64,000 nt of DNA from an uncultured Pelagibacteraceae bacterium. GTDB taxonomy: Bacteria > Pseudomonadota > Alphaproteobacteria > Pelagibacterales > AG-422-B15. Every line of letters starts with the position of its first letter. The stretch's first letter is position 1. Of this stretch, positions 38,110-46,910 are shown piece after piece. Made by a program: the position numbers and the translations under genes. The notes beneath the pieces were generated by a model that searched no databases, was not told the DNA's origin, and saw only the letters and a program-made list of their open reading frames with translations. Location: NCBI GenBank assembly GCA_902546615.1, contig CACCKE010000005.1, positions 19-64,018 on the forward strand, read 5' to 3'.

Positions 38110-38849
38110 TAATTATTTCTTAATTTTATTTGTTCTTTTAATTCTCTTTCATATCTCTTCAATAAAAACTTATCTTTTTGAGATTTTTTACTTTTATACC
38201 GTAATGTTATTCCAACTCTTGAGGAATTACTTGTATTGCTTAAGCTTCCATGAGCAATTAAAGAATGGTGAATTAAACAATCCCCTGGCTTAAGTGAAGG
38301 GTAAACCTTGCTAAAAGCATCTAGGCCCATTGGAAATTTTAACTTCTGAGATGAACCTGGCACATTTGATGGAATATGCTCTAATAAGCCAAGTAAATGA
38401 CTTTTTTTATAATAATAAATTCCTCCATTTTCTTTATTAGCTTTATCCAAAGCTATCCATATAGTGATTGCGTTAGGATTATTTAAACACCAATAATAAT
38501 TATCTTGGTGCGTTGGAACTGATAAACCAGTTCTCTTAGGTTTATAAAAAAGTTCTGCTCCAAAATTTTCAATTTTTTCACCAATTATTTTTTTAGCAAT
38601 AGTCCTTATTGATTTCGAATTCTGCAACTCTGATATCCATTTCCATTTAGTTAAATCATGGACAGAATTAATTTTTTTATTTTTTGTAAAATTAATTTGT
38701 CTGGCACTAAGTTTTTTTTGATATCTTTGAAGAAATATTTCTAAGTCTTGTTTAATTTTTTTCGTATTTTTTTCATTGAGAAATTTTGGTATTTTAATAA
38801 AGCCATTACGATGAAATTCTTCGACTTTTTTTTTTGTTAACGACGTCAT
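38109..38849 (-). CDS. phytanoyl-CoA dioxygenase (PhyH) family Fe(II)/2-oxoglutarate oxygenase
   Basis: PTHQDNYYW (HxD) and the distal HHSLIAHGS...R. 1-nt overlap with the aminotransferase start. Confidence 0.7.
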   Translation of the reverse strand: MTSLTKKKVEEFHRNGFIKIPKFLNEKNTKKIKQDLEIFLQRYQKKLSARQINFTKNKKINSVHDLTKWKWISELQNSKSIRTIAKKIIGEKIENFGAELFYKPKRTGLSVPTHQDNYYWCLNNPNAITIWIALDKANKENGGIYYYKKSHLLGLLEHIPSNVPGSSQKLKFPMGLDAFSKVYPSLKPGDCLIHHSLIAHGSLSNTSNSSRVGITLRYKSKKSQKDKFLLKRYERELKEQIKLRNN

Positions 38850-38866
38850 TTACTGATAATATAAAC

Positions 38867-40060
38867 TTATTTAAGAAAATTTATCCATTTTTTTCTCAAA
38901 TCATTCGCATTTTCTAATGGAAATAATTTATTTGTATTTGATATTATTTTTGATTCATTAAGATTAGAGCATTCATTTATAAAATCATCTGGATTATCAC
39001 AAAAAGTTACATAGGGTTTTATCGTTTCTGATATAGTGTTTGAAGTGCCATATCTTATAAATATAGTATACTTACCTAGCATTAGGGCATCTATAGAGGC
39101 ACTTGATCCATAAAAAACACAGATATCACTCCACATTATTGCTTCAGTTAGAGATTCTTTAAATACTTTATATTTTCTAATATCTTTGAATAAATATTTT
39201 TCTTCCCAATCATTTAATTTTCCATTTCTAATATGGGGCCTAAATCCTATTTCCAAGTTATCATTTAATTCTACAATTCTAATACTTCTTCTTATTTCTT
39301 CTTGATTGATATTGGTTTTGAAATTACTGTGAAGAAATAAAACTCTTTTTTTTCTATATAAAAAATTTCTCTTACTAAATCTACGAGATATTAATTTCTG
39401 CCATTCTTTTGTATTTCGAAATGATTTCATAATTCTTATTTTATTCTCCCAAGAAATACCTATTTTCCTAAACTTATTTAAAGTAGTTTTAGAATTTAGA
39501 ATAAGTTGGTCACAATCATGAACAATAGAAATTGTTTTATTAAAATACCTATCTTCTCCCTGATGAATATAATTTCCTTTATCATGGTTAAGGTTACTCA
39601 ACGCTGGAATAGCTTCAGATATACCTATTACTTTACCTTTAAAACCATTTTTCTTAAAATCGTGAATTAATTGTTTAACTAGTAAATCATTTCCAGGTCT
39701 AACAAGTAAATATTTAAAATTTTTTATTGAGTGCAACGGAACAATTACACTTATAAATATTTTAGAAATTTCTTTAGTTCTAACGGTATGTATATATTTA
39801 TTGAGATATTCGTTATTAATTCTTAATTTTATTAGTAATCTTTGTATTAGAAATAACAACCTATAGTATGAAGTATTTTTTTGATCAAAAACAATTACTT
39901 CTAATTTTGATTTTATGTCTCTTGTAAGCTCAGAATTCTTAATTAAATTAAAGATATCAACAAGTACAAATTTTTTCCCTAGAAAATAACCCATAGGAGC
40001 CATCTCATTTAAAACTATTAGATCATGAACTATTGCTATAACATTTTCTTTTAACTTCAT
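38867..40060 (-). CDS. uncharacterised protein, possible GT-B transferase of TagF / capsule-synthesis type
   Basis: Weak motifs only: IGFRPHIRNG and IMWSDICVFYGSSASIDALMLGKYTIF. Confidence 0.45.
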   Translation of the reverse strand: MKLKENVIAIVHDLIVLNEMAPMGYFLGKKFVLVDIFNLIKNSELTRDIKSKLEVIVFDQKNTSYYRLLFLIQRLLIKLRINNEYLNKYIHTVRTKEISKIFISVIVPLHSIKNFKYLLVRPGNDLLVKQLIHDFKKNGFKGKVIGISEAIPALSNLNHDKGNYIHQGEDRYFNKTISIVHDCDQLILNSKTTLNKFRKIGISWENKIRIMKSFRNTKEWQKLISRRFSKRNFLYRKKRVLFLHSNFKTNINQEEIRRSIRIVELNDNLEIGFRPHIRNGKLNDWEEKYLFKDIRKYKVFKESLTEAIMWSDICVFYGSSASIDALMLGKYTIFIRYGTSNTISETIKPYVTFCDNPDDFINECSNLNESKIISNTNKLFPLENANDLRKKWINFLK

Positions 40061-40068
40061 TATCTTAT

Positions 40069-41595
40069 CTAATTTAAAATGGATTTTATTAATTTTTGAA
40101 AATAATTATTAAACCTTTTTAATTCGTTTTCTTTAAGTTTAAATAAAAATTGTTCTGATAAGAATCCTTTTCTCATAAGAAGATTCATTTTCTCTAATTT
40201 TACTGAATCTGAAGGAATCCCTTTATTTTTAGATTTTATCAGTGAATTAATATTTATTAAATTTTCAACATTGTTACAATCATATACATATGGTAATTCT
40301 TTCCAAATTGATTTTCCTATTGCAAAACTAGGAATATCGTTAAAAAAAGCCTCTAACATAATATTGCCCCTAACAGTAAGAACACCTTCTAATTTGGGAT
40401 GAAACAAAATATCTTTTATGGAAAAATTTTGATCTATAAAATAAACATTTTTTTGAGCTAGTAATTCTTTATAGAAAAATTCTGATCTATATGATTGATT
40501 TCGAGCAGAATTCATGGTGAATTGTCTCGGATGTTCTTTTATTAAAATAGAAATATCTTTATCAAGATAATCTCTTATTAACCTTAATAGTAAATATTGA
40601 TTTGAGTATTCCATGCCATCAGGGCAAGTTGATCTTTCAGGCTGATAATGCAAAGGGAAAAAAATAAATTGACGATTTTTGTCAATTTTTTTTATTGATT
40701 TTGATTTATAATAATTCAATAATTTTTTAGTTTTAAAATGAATAAGCTGCCGTGATAAATGAAAATTAAAATAAGTAATTTTTTTATCAATTTTACCTAT
40801 CTCGTCAGTAGAATAATTATTTGTATAAGTTTTTTGAAAAATAATATTTTTAAACAATGAAGCCCAAAGTATAGTTTTTTGTATAATATTTAGATTTATA
40901 GGTTTAATTAGATTTTTTAATTCTTCAATTGCATTTTCTTTCTCCAGTCCATTATATGAATTAGTTAAACTTGAAACTGAATTAATTTCTAGCAATGGCT
41001 CATCATCATTCAATAGACATTCTCTACTATCTAAGTCAGATATGGGGGTCGCTATTAATAATCTTTGTAATTTATTGTTAATATTCTTATGATAGAAATT
41101 ATGATGGTTAAAAATTATAATTTTTTTTTTAAAATATTTAAAAATTAAATAAATTATATAATCATAAACATCATGTGGAGTATCAAACTGAATATAAAGA
41201 TCAATTTTATTTTCTAATATATATTTATACCAATAGTATAATTGATTATAAATATAAGTTGTTTTATCACTATGTGAAAAATGTTTATAGGTTTCAAACC
41301 TGCCCATCATATCTACAATAATAGATAGATGCTTGTCAAAAAAATCTAATAGCTCTTTTTCAACTTGACTTTTTTCATCAAGGTTCTCTAATCTTTTTAA
41401 CCTTATAATGTCATAATTATTTAAAAATAAGGTATCTGAGAATTTCTTTATTAAATCCTCTTTTTCAGAATTTGAATGAACAATCCATGTACATACTTTA
41501 AAGAGATTATTTTTCTCACATTCAATAATTGCAGCATTAATAGATTCTGAAGAATGAATTACTATTGCATTATTGGTTACACTATTAACTGACAT
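40069..41595 (-). CDS. uncharacterised 508-aa protein, possible surface-carbohydrate (nonulosonate?) transferase
   Basis: FIFFPLHYQPERSTCPDG and ILIKEHPRQ...GVLTVRGNIMLEAFFNDIPSFAIG resemble capsule-synthesis / GT-B patterns. No firm family call. Confidence 0.45.
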   Translation of the reverse strand: MSVNSVTNNAIVIHSSESINAAIIECEKNNLFKVCTWIVHSNSEKEDLIKKFSDTLFLNNYDIIRLKRLENLDEKSQVEKELLDFFDKHLSIIVDMMGRFETYKHFSHSDKTTYIYNQLYYWYKYILENKIDLYIQFDTPHDVYDYIIYLIFKYFKKKIIIFNHHNFYHKNINNKLQRLLIATPISDLDSRECLLNDDEPLLEINSVSSLTNSYNGLEKENAIEELKNLIKPINLNIIQKTILWASLFKNIIFQKTYTNNYSTDEIGKIDKKITYFNFHLSRQLIHFKTKKLLNYYKSKSIKKIDKNRQFIFFPLHYQPERSTCPDGMEYSNQYLLLRLIRDYLDKDISILIKEHPRQFTMNSARNQSYRSEFFYKELLAQKNVYFIDQNFSIKDILFHPKLEGVLTVRGNIMLEAFFNDIPSFAIGKSIWKELPYVYDCNNVENLININSLIKSKNKGIPSDSVKLEKMNLLMRKGFLSEQFLFKLKENELKRFNNYFQKLIKSILN

Positions 41596-41616
41596 ATATC
41601 CTCTAAACTATCAAAA

Positions 41617-42396
41617 TCAAAAGCAAAGTAAATTTTCTTTAATACGTCTAAAATTGTAATTATTATTTTTTAATATATTAATCAAATCCTCTAAACCGTT
41701 TTTATAAGTATGTTCATGAATTTCAAAAAGAATTAATGGATGATAATTGATTTTATTTTTTATAAATAAATCTTGAATGACATCAACTTCAAATCCTTCA
41801 ATATCCATAACAATAATATCTGGTTTAAATACTATATTGTTTAGAAACTCTGAAATACGCATATTCTTCTGAACCTCGGCTTCTTTCATTTTTAATTTTT
41901 TTCGATCGTTGAGCCTTTTAATCGCATTATATGGATGCATGTCGTCTTTTGAAAAAATAACTTTATTATCTGAATTACTTATGAATAGGTTAAATATTTT
42001 AGTATTTTTTAACTTATTAATTTCAAAGTTTTTTTGCAAAATTTTAAAAATATTTGGAGTTCCCTCTACTGAAACTAGATTACCAGTCGGTCCAACGAGG
42101 TGATCGAGTAATACGGTAAATTCTCCGTAACATGCTCCCAGCTCCAAAACGTTCATACCCGGTCTTACCAATGACCTGTATACAGCTGTGGTTTCTGGTT
42201 CTCTTTTACCTTCAATTCTTTGAACGATTGCTGGACCTATCTTTTGATTCAAAAATGTTAACTTGTAATGAAAGCCATCTAAATTTATATCAAAAATATT
42301 ATCATTTTTTTTTGATAATCTTGAGTAAGATTTTATCTTAATCCAATAATATAGTTTCCAATATATTAAAGAAATTTTTTGGAAAAATTTGTGCAT
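41617..42396 (-). CDS. FkbM-family SAM-dependent methyltransferase
   Basis: MNVLELGACYGEFT motif I, VMDIEGFE, about 259 aa. Confidence 0.65.
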   Translation of the reverse strand: MHKFFQKISLIYWKLYYWIKIKSYSRLSKKNDNIFDINLDGFHYKLTFLNQKIGPAIVQRIEGKREPETTAVYRSLVRPGMNVLELGACYGEFTVLLDHLVGPTGNLVSVEGTPNIFKILQKNFEINKLKNTKIFNLFISNSDNKVIFSKDDMHPYNAIKRLNDRKKLKMKEAEVQKNMRISEFLNNIVFKPDIIVMDIEGFEVDVIQDLFIKNKINYHPLILFEIHEHTYKNGLEDLINILKNNNYNFRRIKENLLCF

Positions 42397-42404
42397 AAGA
42401 TTTT

Positions 42405-42968
42405 CTATAATTGATTAGATAACCATTGCATACAAATGTGACAAACTATAAGTTGAAGATCTTCAGAAATTTGCATATCATCAATTGAAAAATGAATGCA
42501 GTGCTTACTTATTTTTTTACATTCGCCTCCGTTAAATCCCAAAATGGAAAAAGTATTAACTTCTAATTTATTTGCAAATTTTATCGCCTCTATAACATTA
42601 GGTGAGTTACCACTTCCTGATAGCACAATTAACATATCGCCCTTGTCAGCTTTAACTCTAAGTTGTTCTGAATAGATTGAGTCATAAGAGACATCGTTTG
42701 CTAGACATGTAATGACAGAAGGATTAGCACTTAATGCCTCAATTCTAATCCCTCCATATTCCTTGTTATTGCATGCGACGCCATAAATAAAATCATTTGC
42801 TATATGAATCGCATTTCCTGCACTTCCACCATTACCACAGATAAATATATTTTTTTTACTCTTCCAGGCATGTAACAAACTTTGACATAGAATTTCTATA
42901 TTTTTGTTTATATCTTCATTGAATGCACTTAATAGTCTTGATTTATATTTTTCTATAAAATCTTTCAT
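42405..42968 (-). CDS. gmhA: SIS-domain sugar-phosphate isomerase, GmhA-like (sedoheptulose-7-P isomerase; a PtmF-like role is not excluded)
   Basis: IFICGNGGSAGNAIHIANDF, LSGSGNSPNVIEAI, 187 aa; collinear with GmhA. Confidence 0.7.
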   Translation of the reverse strand: MKDFIEKYKSRLLSAFNEDINKNIEILCQSLLHAWKSKKNIFICGNGGSAGNAIHIANDFIYGVACNNKEYGGIRIEALSANPSVITCLANDVSYDSIYSEQLRVKADKGDMLIVLSGSGNSPNVIEAIKFANKLEVNTFSILGFNGGECKKISKHCIHFSIDDMQISEDLQLIVCHICMQWLSNQL

Positions 42969-42989
42969 AACTTAATTTTAAATTAATAA

Positions 42990-43679
42990 TTATTTATTGA
43001 GTTTATTTTCTATATTTTGCCAATCTTCCAGATCATCAATATCAATACTTTCACTGCGAGACATTTCAGAGAATAATATTTTACCTCCAAATAATCCATA
43101 ATTTAATAAATTTCTTTTGGTTATATAAATTGCACCATTTCGAGCATAAAAAGTTTTTTTATCTTGTCTTCTTAAAATTGGGTTCTCTTGTTCTATAAAA
43201 TCTTCTAAGTACTTTTTGTCAACTAATTTCATTACAGAATAAGGATTCATATTATGAGGCACCTTTTCTACACTTAACAAACTATCAGCGTCCTGGTCTT
43301 TCATAAATATTGTTAAAGCTTCATCAATATGATCAGATGTACATAAAGGACTTGTTGCCTGTAATGTAACGATGATATCAGGATTATAAATATTTTTTTC
43401 TTCAAGTAACTTTACCATCTCTTGAATTACTGGCAAAGTAGGAGTATCGTCTCTGGCTAGATCTTTAGATCTCATGAAAGGTACTTCTAGACCAATCTTA
43501 AGTCCAATGTCCTTAATCTCTTTATTTTCAGTAGACAAAAATACTCTATCAATAAATTTTGATCCTAAAGCTGCTTTGGCAATATACTCTATCAATGGTC
43601 TACCTTTGAGACTTTTAATATTCTTTCCAGGAATGCTTTTTGACCCACCTCTTGCAGGAATAATGGCCATAATTTTCAT
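42990..43679 (-). CDS. neuA: acylneuraminate (nonulosonate) cytidylyltransferase
   Basis: MAIIPARGGSKSIPGKNIK, LQATSPL and RRQD. Confidence 0.85.
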   Translation of the reverse strand: MKIMAIIPARGGSKSIPGKNIKSLKGRPLIEYIAKAALGSKFIDRVFLSTENKEIKDIGLKIGLEVPFMRSKDLARDDTPTLPVIQEMVKLLEEKNIYNPDIIVTLQATSPLCTSDHIDEALTIFMKDQDADSLLSVEKVPHNMNPYSVMKLVDKKYLEDFIEQENPILRRQDKKTFYARNGAIYITKRNLLNYGLFGGKILFSEMSRSESIDIDDLEDWQNIENKLNK

Positions 43680-43691
43680 TAGCTTTGGACC

Positions 43692-44840
43692 CTAATACGC
43701 TATTTTCTTTTGGATATTAAGTTTACACTTACTTAATATTTTTGCAATTTGACTTCCTGCATTACCATTTCCATAAATGAATTCTCGATTATATTTGCCT
43801 CTTTTGACCTGTTTTAAAATTGATCTAAAGATCTTGTCTTCATTATGAGAAACATCAATAACATTCTTTCCTCTCTGTCTTTTATTCTGACGAGATCCAA
43901 TATTTATTACTGGTGTTCCTATAAATGCACCCTCTCTTATACCACTTGAAGAATTACCTATTAAGCAAGCTGTTTTTTTCATTAAATAAACATAATAATC
44001 AATCGGAAGATTCTTATAAAATTGCATTTTGTTATCAAGACCTTTTTCTCTCCATTTCCTTATTTCCCTTGAAATATCCTCTGTTCCTGCATCTGCATTT
44101 GGCCATAAAATGATAGCAGGTATATTAGATTTTTTTACAGCCTTTAATGTTTGAATAATCTGATTTTGAGCATCTTCATATTCAGTTGTAACAGGATGCT
44201 GAGAAACTAATAAAAAAGGCTTTTCGGTATTAATAGTATCCCCAACACCCGGGGGTAAATCTTTAAAGTCTTTTTTTGATTTCTTTAGATACTCTTTTAC
44301 TAAATCGATTCTAGGGCATCCAACTAAATGGACATCCTCTCTATTCTCTCCAAGCTTTATGATTCTCTTCTTTGCATCAATACTGGCAGGAAAGTGAATA
44401 TTTGCAAACTTAGTTATAGCGTGCCTTATACTCTCGTCAATTGTGCCAGTAACTTCCCCACCCATGGTATGGGCTAGAGTAATATTCATATAACTTGCTG
44501 CTAAAACAGTAGACATTGTTTCAAACCTATCGCCTACAGTAATAACTATATGTGGTTTTAGATTCGAAAATGCACTTGAAATATCAATTAGACCAATACC
44601 AGTCGACTTAGCCATTGTAAGAGGGCTTGATCCCTCAATAAGGGTATTTAATTCAAAATTAATTTTAAAGCCATCTTTTTTAATTAGCTTGCTTACATTT
44701 CCATATCGTTCAAGAACAGCTGATGCACCAAGAACAACTTGGAGTTCAAGATGACGATTTCTCTTAATTTCAGACATAACGCTCTTTATGCTACTATAAT
44801 TAGCGCGACTCCCAATAAATATGCATACTCTTCTTCGCAT
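43692..44840 (-). CDS. neuC: UDP-N-acetylglucosamine 2-epimerase (hydrolysing), NeuC/LegG type
   Basis: RRVCIFIGSRANYSSIKSVM, GDRFE, HTMGGEVTGTIDESIRHAITK and GNSSSGIREG. Confidence 0.8.
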   Translation of the reverse strand: MRRRVCIFIGSRANYSSIKSVMSEIKRNRHLELQVVLGASAVLERYGNVSKLIKKDGFKINFELNTLIEGSSPLTMAKSTGIGLIDISSAFSNLKPHIVITVGDRFETMSTVLAASYMNITLAHTMGGEVTGTIDESIRHAITKFANIHFPASIDAKKRIIKLGENREDVHLVGCPRIDLVKEYLKKSKKDFKDLPPGVGDTINTEKPFLLVSQHPVTTEYEDAQNQIIQTLKAVKKSNIPAIILWPNADAGTEDISREIRKWREKGLDNKMQFYKNLPIDYYVYLMKKTACLIGNSSSGIREGAFIGTPVINIGSRQNKRQRGKNVIDVSHNEDKIFRSILKQVKRGKYNREFIYGNGNAGSQIAKILSKCKLNIQKKIAY

Positions 44841-44869
44841 AGGTTTATATATCTCTTAATACAATTTAA

Positions 44870-45877
44870 TCACAGTAAATTATCGAATTTAATTTGATCA
44901 TTATATTTAATTGCTTTCTTTAATTTTTTCCCAATGACACTCTTATAATTAGCCGCAGAAATACCATTACCAGGCTTTTTAAATGCTAAATCTTCAAAAG
45001 TTATTATTTTGCCTTTATCTAAATTACCAGCAGCTACAATTGACTTTTCGAAAGTTTTTTTCATTTTAACTAATTTTTTTGATAATTTATTTTTATCTAT
45101 ATGAGAGTTCTTAATAATCTCTATATTTCGAATTTGATTTACTAAATTTTTAAATTCGTGAGGTTCCATAGAATTTTTTGCATCACTTCCATACATGTCT
45201 TTAGATAAAGTAATATGTTTTTCAATAACTACTGCACCTTCCATAACAGCAGCAATAGGAGCAGATATTCCATTTGTATGATCACTAAATCCAATATTAA
45301 GATTTTTATATTTTTCTTTAAACTCCGTTATGACATTAATACCGCTATATTTAAGATCACAAGGATACATTGAAGTACATTGCATTAGCGTCAGATTAAT
45401 CTTTTTATTCTTTTTAATAACTTTGATCGCATTATTTATTTCAATCCAGCTACTCATTCCTGTAGAAAGGTAAACTTTGTTAAATAGCTTTGAAATTCTC
45501 TCCAATAATGGAATATTTGTTACCTCGCCAGAAGGTACTTTAATTGCTTTAATGCCTAATTTTTTAAGCCTATCTACTGCTACAATTGAGAATGGGGAAT
45601 TTAAAAAATCTAAATTATATTTTTCTGCATATTTTTTTAATGATTTCCATTCTATATCAGAAAATGAAGTGCGCTTAAAATATTGCTCTCTACTTTCACT
45701 TTTAAAATATGGTGGGTTTGGAGCATTTGGAAGGCTTTCCTCATCAAATATATGCATTTGAAATTTCACTGCATCAGCTCCACAGTCAGCGGCAACTTCT
45801 ATAAATTTCTTTGCTAAACCAAGACTTCCATCATGGGTATTTCCTATTTCAGCAATTATATAAATTTTTTTAGTCAC
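44870..45877 (-). CDS. neuB: N-acetylneuraminate/legionaminate synthase
   Basis: IYIIAEIGNTHDGSLGLAKKFIEVAADCGADAVKFQMH, GFSDHT, and the C-terminal SAF-like IVAAGNLDKGKIITFEDLAFKKPGNGI. Confidence 0.9.
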   Translation of the reverse strand: MTKKIYIIAEIGNTHDGSLGLAKKFIEVAADCGADAVKFQMHIFDEESLPNAPNPPYFKSESREQYFKRTSFSDIEWKSLKKYAEKYNLDFLNSPFSIVAVDRLKKLGIKAIKVPSGEVTNIPLLERISKLFNKVYLSTGMSSWIEINNAIKVIKKNKKINLTLMQCTSMYPCDLKYSGINVITEFKEKYKNLNIGFSDHTNGISAPIAAVMEGAVVIEKHITLSKDMYGSDAKNSMEPHEFKNLVNQIRNIEIIKNSHIDKNKLSKKLVKMKKTFEKSIVAAGNLDKGKIITFEDLAFKKPGNGISAANYKSVIGKKLKKAIKYNDQIKFDNLL

Positions 45878-45883
45878 CTATTT

Positions 45884-46888
45884 TTAATCTTTCTTCTTTG
45901 CTATTAATCTAAGATTCTTACCATAACCACCTGCATTTATAAAAAATTGAAGATTGTTACTAATCTTTTGGATTACCTCAGTATTCTGTTCATTTATATT
46001 CTCTTGCCACCAAATATAATCAAAAATATCTAAACCTTCAGTTTTTATCTCAAGTATTTCAAAGCTTCTTTTTTGAAGAAAGTCTGAAATTGTTTTAATT
46101 GTAAAATAGGTTAGATGATGAGATGGCCAAATAAAGTGGGCATCTTTACCCATTAAAACTCTTGATGCTGAGTCATATTTTGGTACGTACATTGAAATCA
46201 AACCATAATTAGTTAATCTTTCCCTTACTTGTTTTATGATATCACTAGGATCAACCAAGTGTTCTAAAACGTCATATAAAGTGATAACATCATACTTGTT
46301 TTTACTACTAAGCTTAGAAAGCTCTACTTGTTCCAAATTTAATCCTCTTGATTGTCCAAAATCTATTGCACTTGGGTTTAAATCAATTCCTTTCGCATCC
46401 CACTTTAATTCATTAGCTGCTTCAACAAAAAAACCTGTACTACATCCGACATCAAGTAATGATACATCACTATTTTTATTTGTTAGATACCTTTCTATAG
46501 CTTTTACTCTCTCTCTACCGAATCTTTTAACTCTATATTCGTGACTTTTTTCACCAAGATCTCTAACTACTTCTTGATATTCAGCCGCCTTATAAATTTC
46601 TAGGTAATGCTCCTCATCAAAAATAGGATTTGTATAAACCAAATCACAATTGTTACACTTCACAATATCTAAATGATCTTTATTTAATTCTTTTTTAAAA
46701 TTATTACTGTTGCAATTAGGACAGTTCCTTAATCTTAAATAATCTTTAGGTATTTCTCCAAATTCGGATATGAGCTTATCTATGGGATAGGATCTTTTAT
46801 CAATAAGTTTTTTGTACGATCCTTTAGGCCTTAGCTGTTCTACATCGACTTCTAAGTATTCTGAAATAACTCTATATTCTATTTTCAT
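45884..46888 (-). CDS. class I SAM-dependent methyltransferase with internal zinc ribbon
   Basis: CPNC...CNNC ribbon, motif I LLDVGCSTGFF, then YDVITLYDVLEHL. Confidence 0.7.
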   Translation of the reverse strand: MKIEYRVISEYLEVDVEQLRPKGSYKKLIDKRSYPIDKLISEFGEIPKDYLRLRNCPNCNSNNFKKELNKDHLDIVKCNNCDLVYTNPIFDEEHYLEIYKAAEYQEVVRDLGEKSHEYRVKRFGRERVKAIERYLTNKNSDVSLLDVGCSTGFFVEAANELKWDAKGIDLNPSAIDFGQSRGLNLEQVELSKLSSKNKYDVITLYDVLEHLVDPSDIIKQVRERLTNYGLISMYVPKYDSASRVLMGKDAHFIWPSHHLTYFTIKTISDFLQKRSFEILEIKTEGLDIFDYIWWQENINEQNTEVIQKISNNLQFFINAGGYGKNLRLIAKKKD

Positions 46889-46910
46889 ATATTAATACCA
46901 ATGAATTTGA

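Noticed and set aside
38826-38835. Homopolymeric tracts as phase-variation switches. There are T10 runs inside coding sequence at 38826..38835 and 41121..41130, and many A/T runs of 8-9 nt. The longest G/C run seen is C6, near 12529.
   Set aside because: A/T runs of this length are expected in DNA of about 30% G+C and mostly encode Lys or Phe runs. There are no long G/C tracts or multi-copy short repeats typical of contingency loci. No evidence of variation is available from a single sequence.
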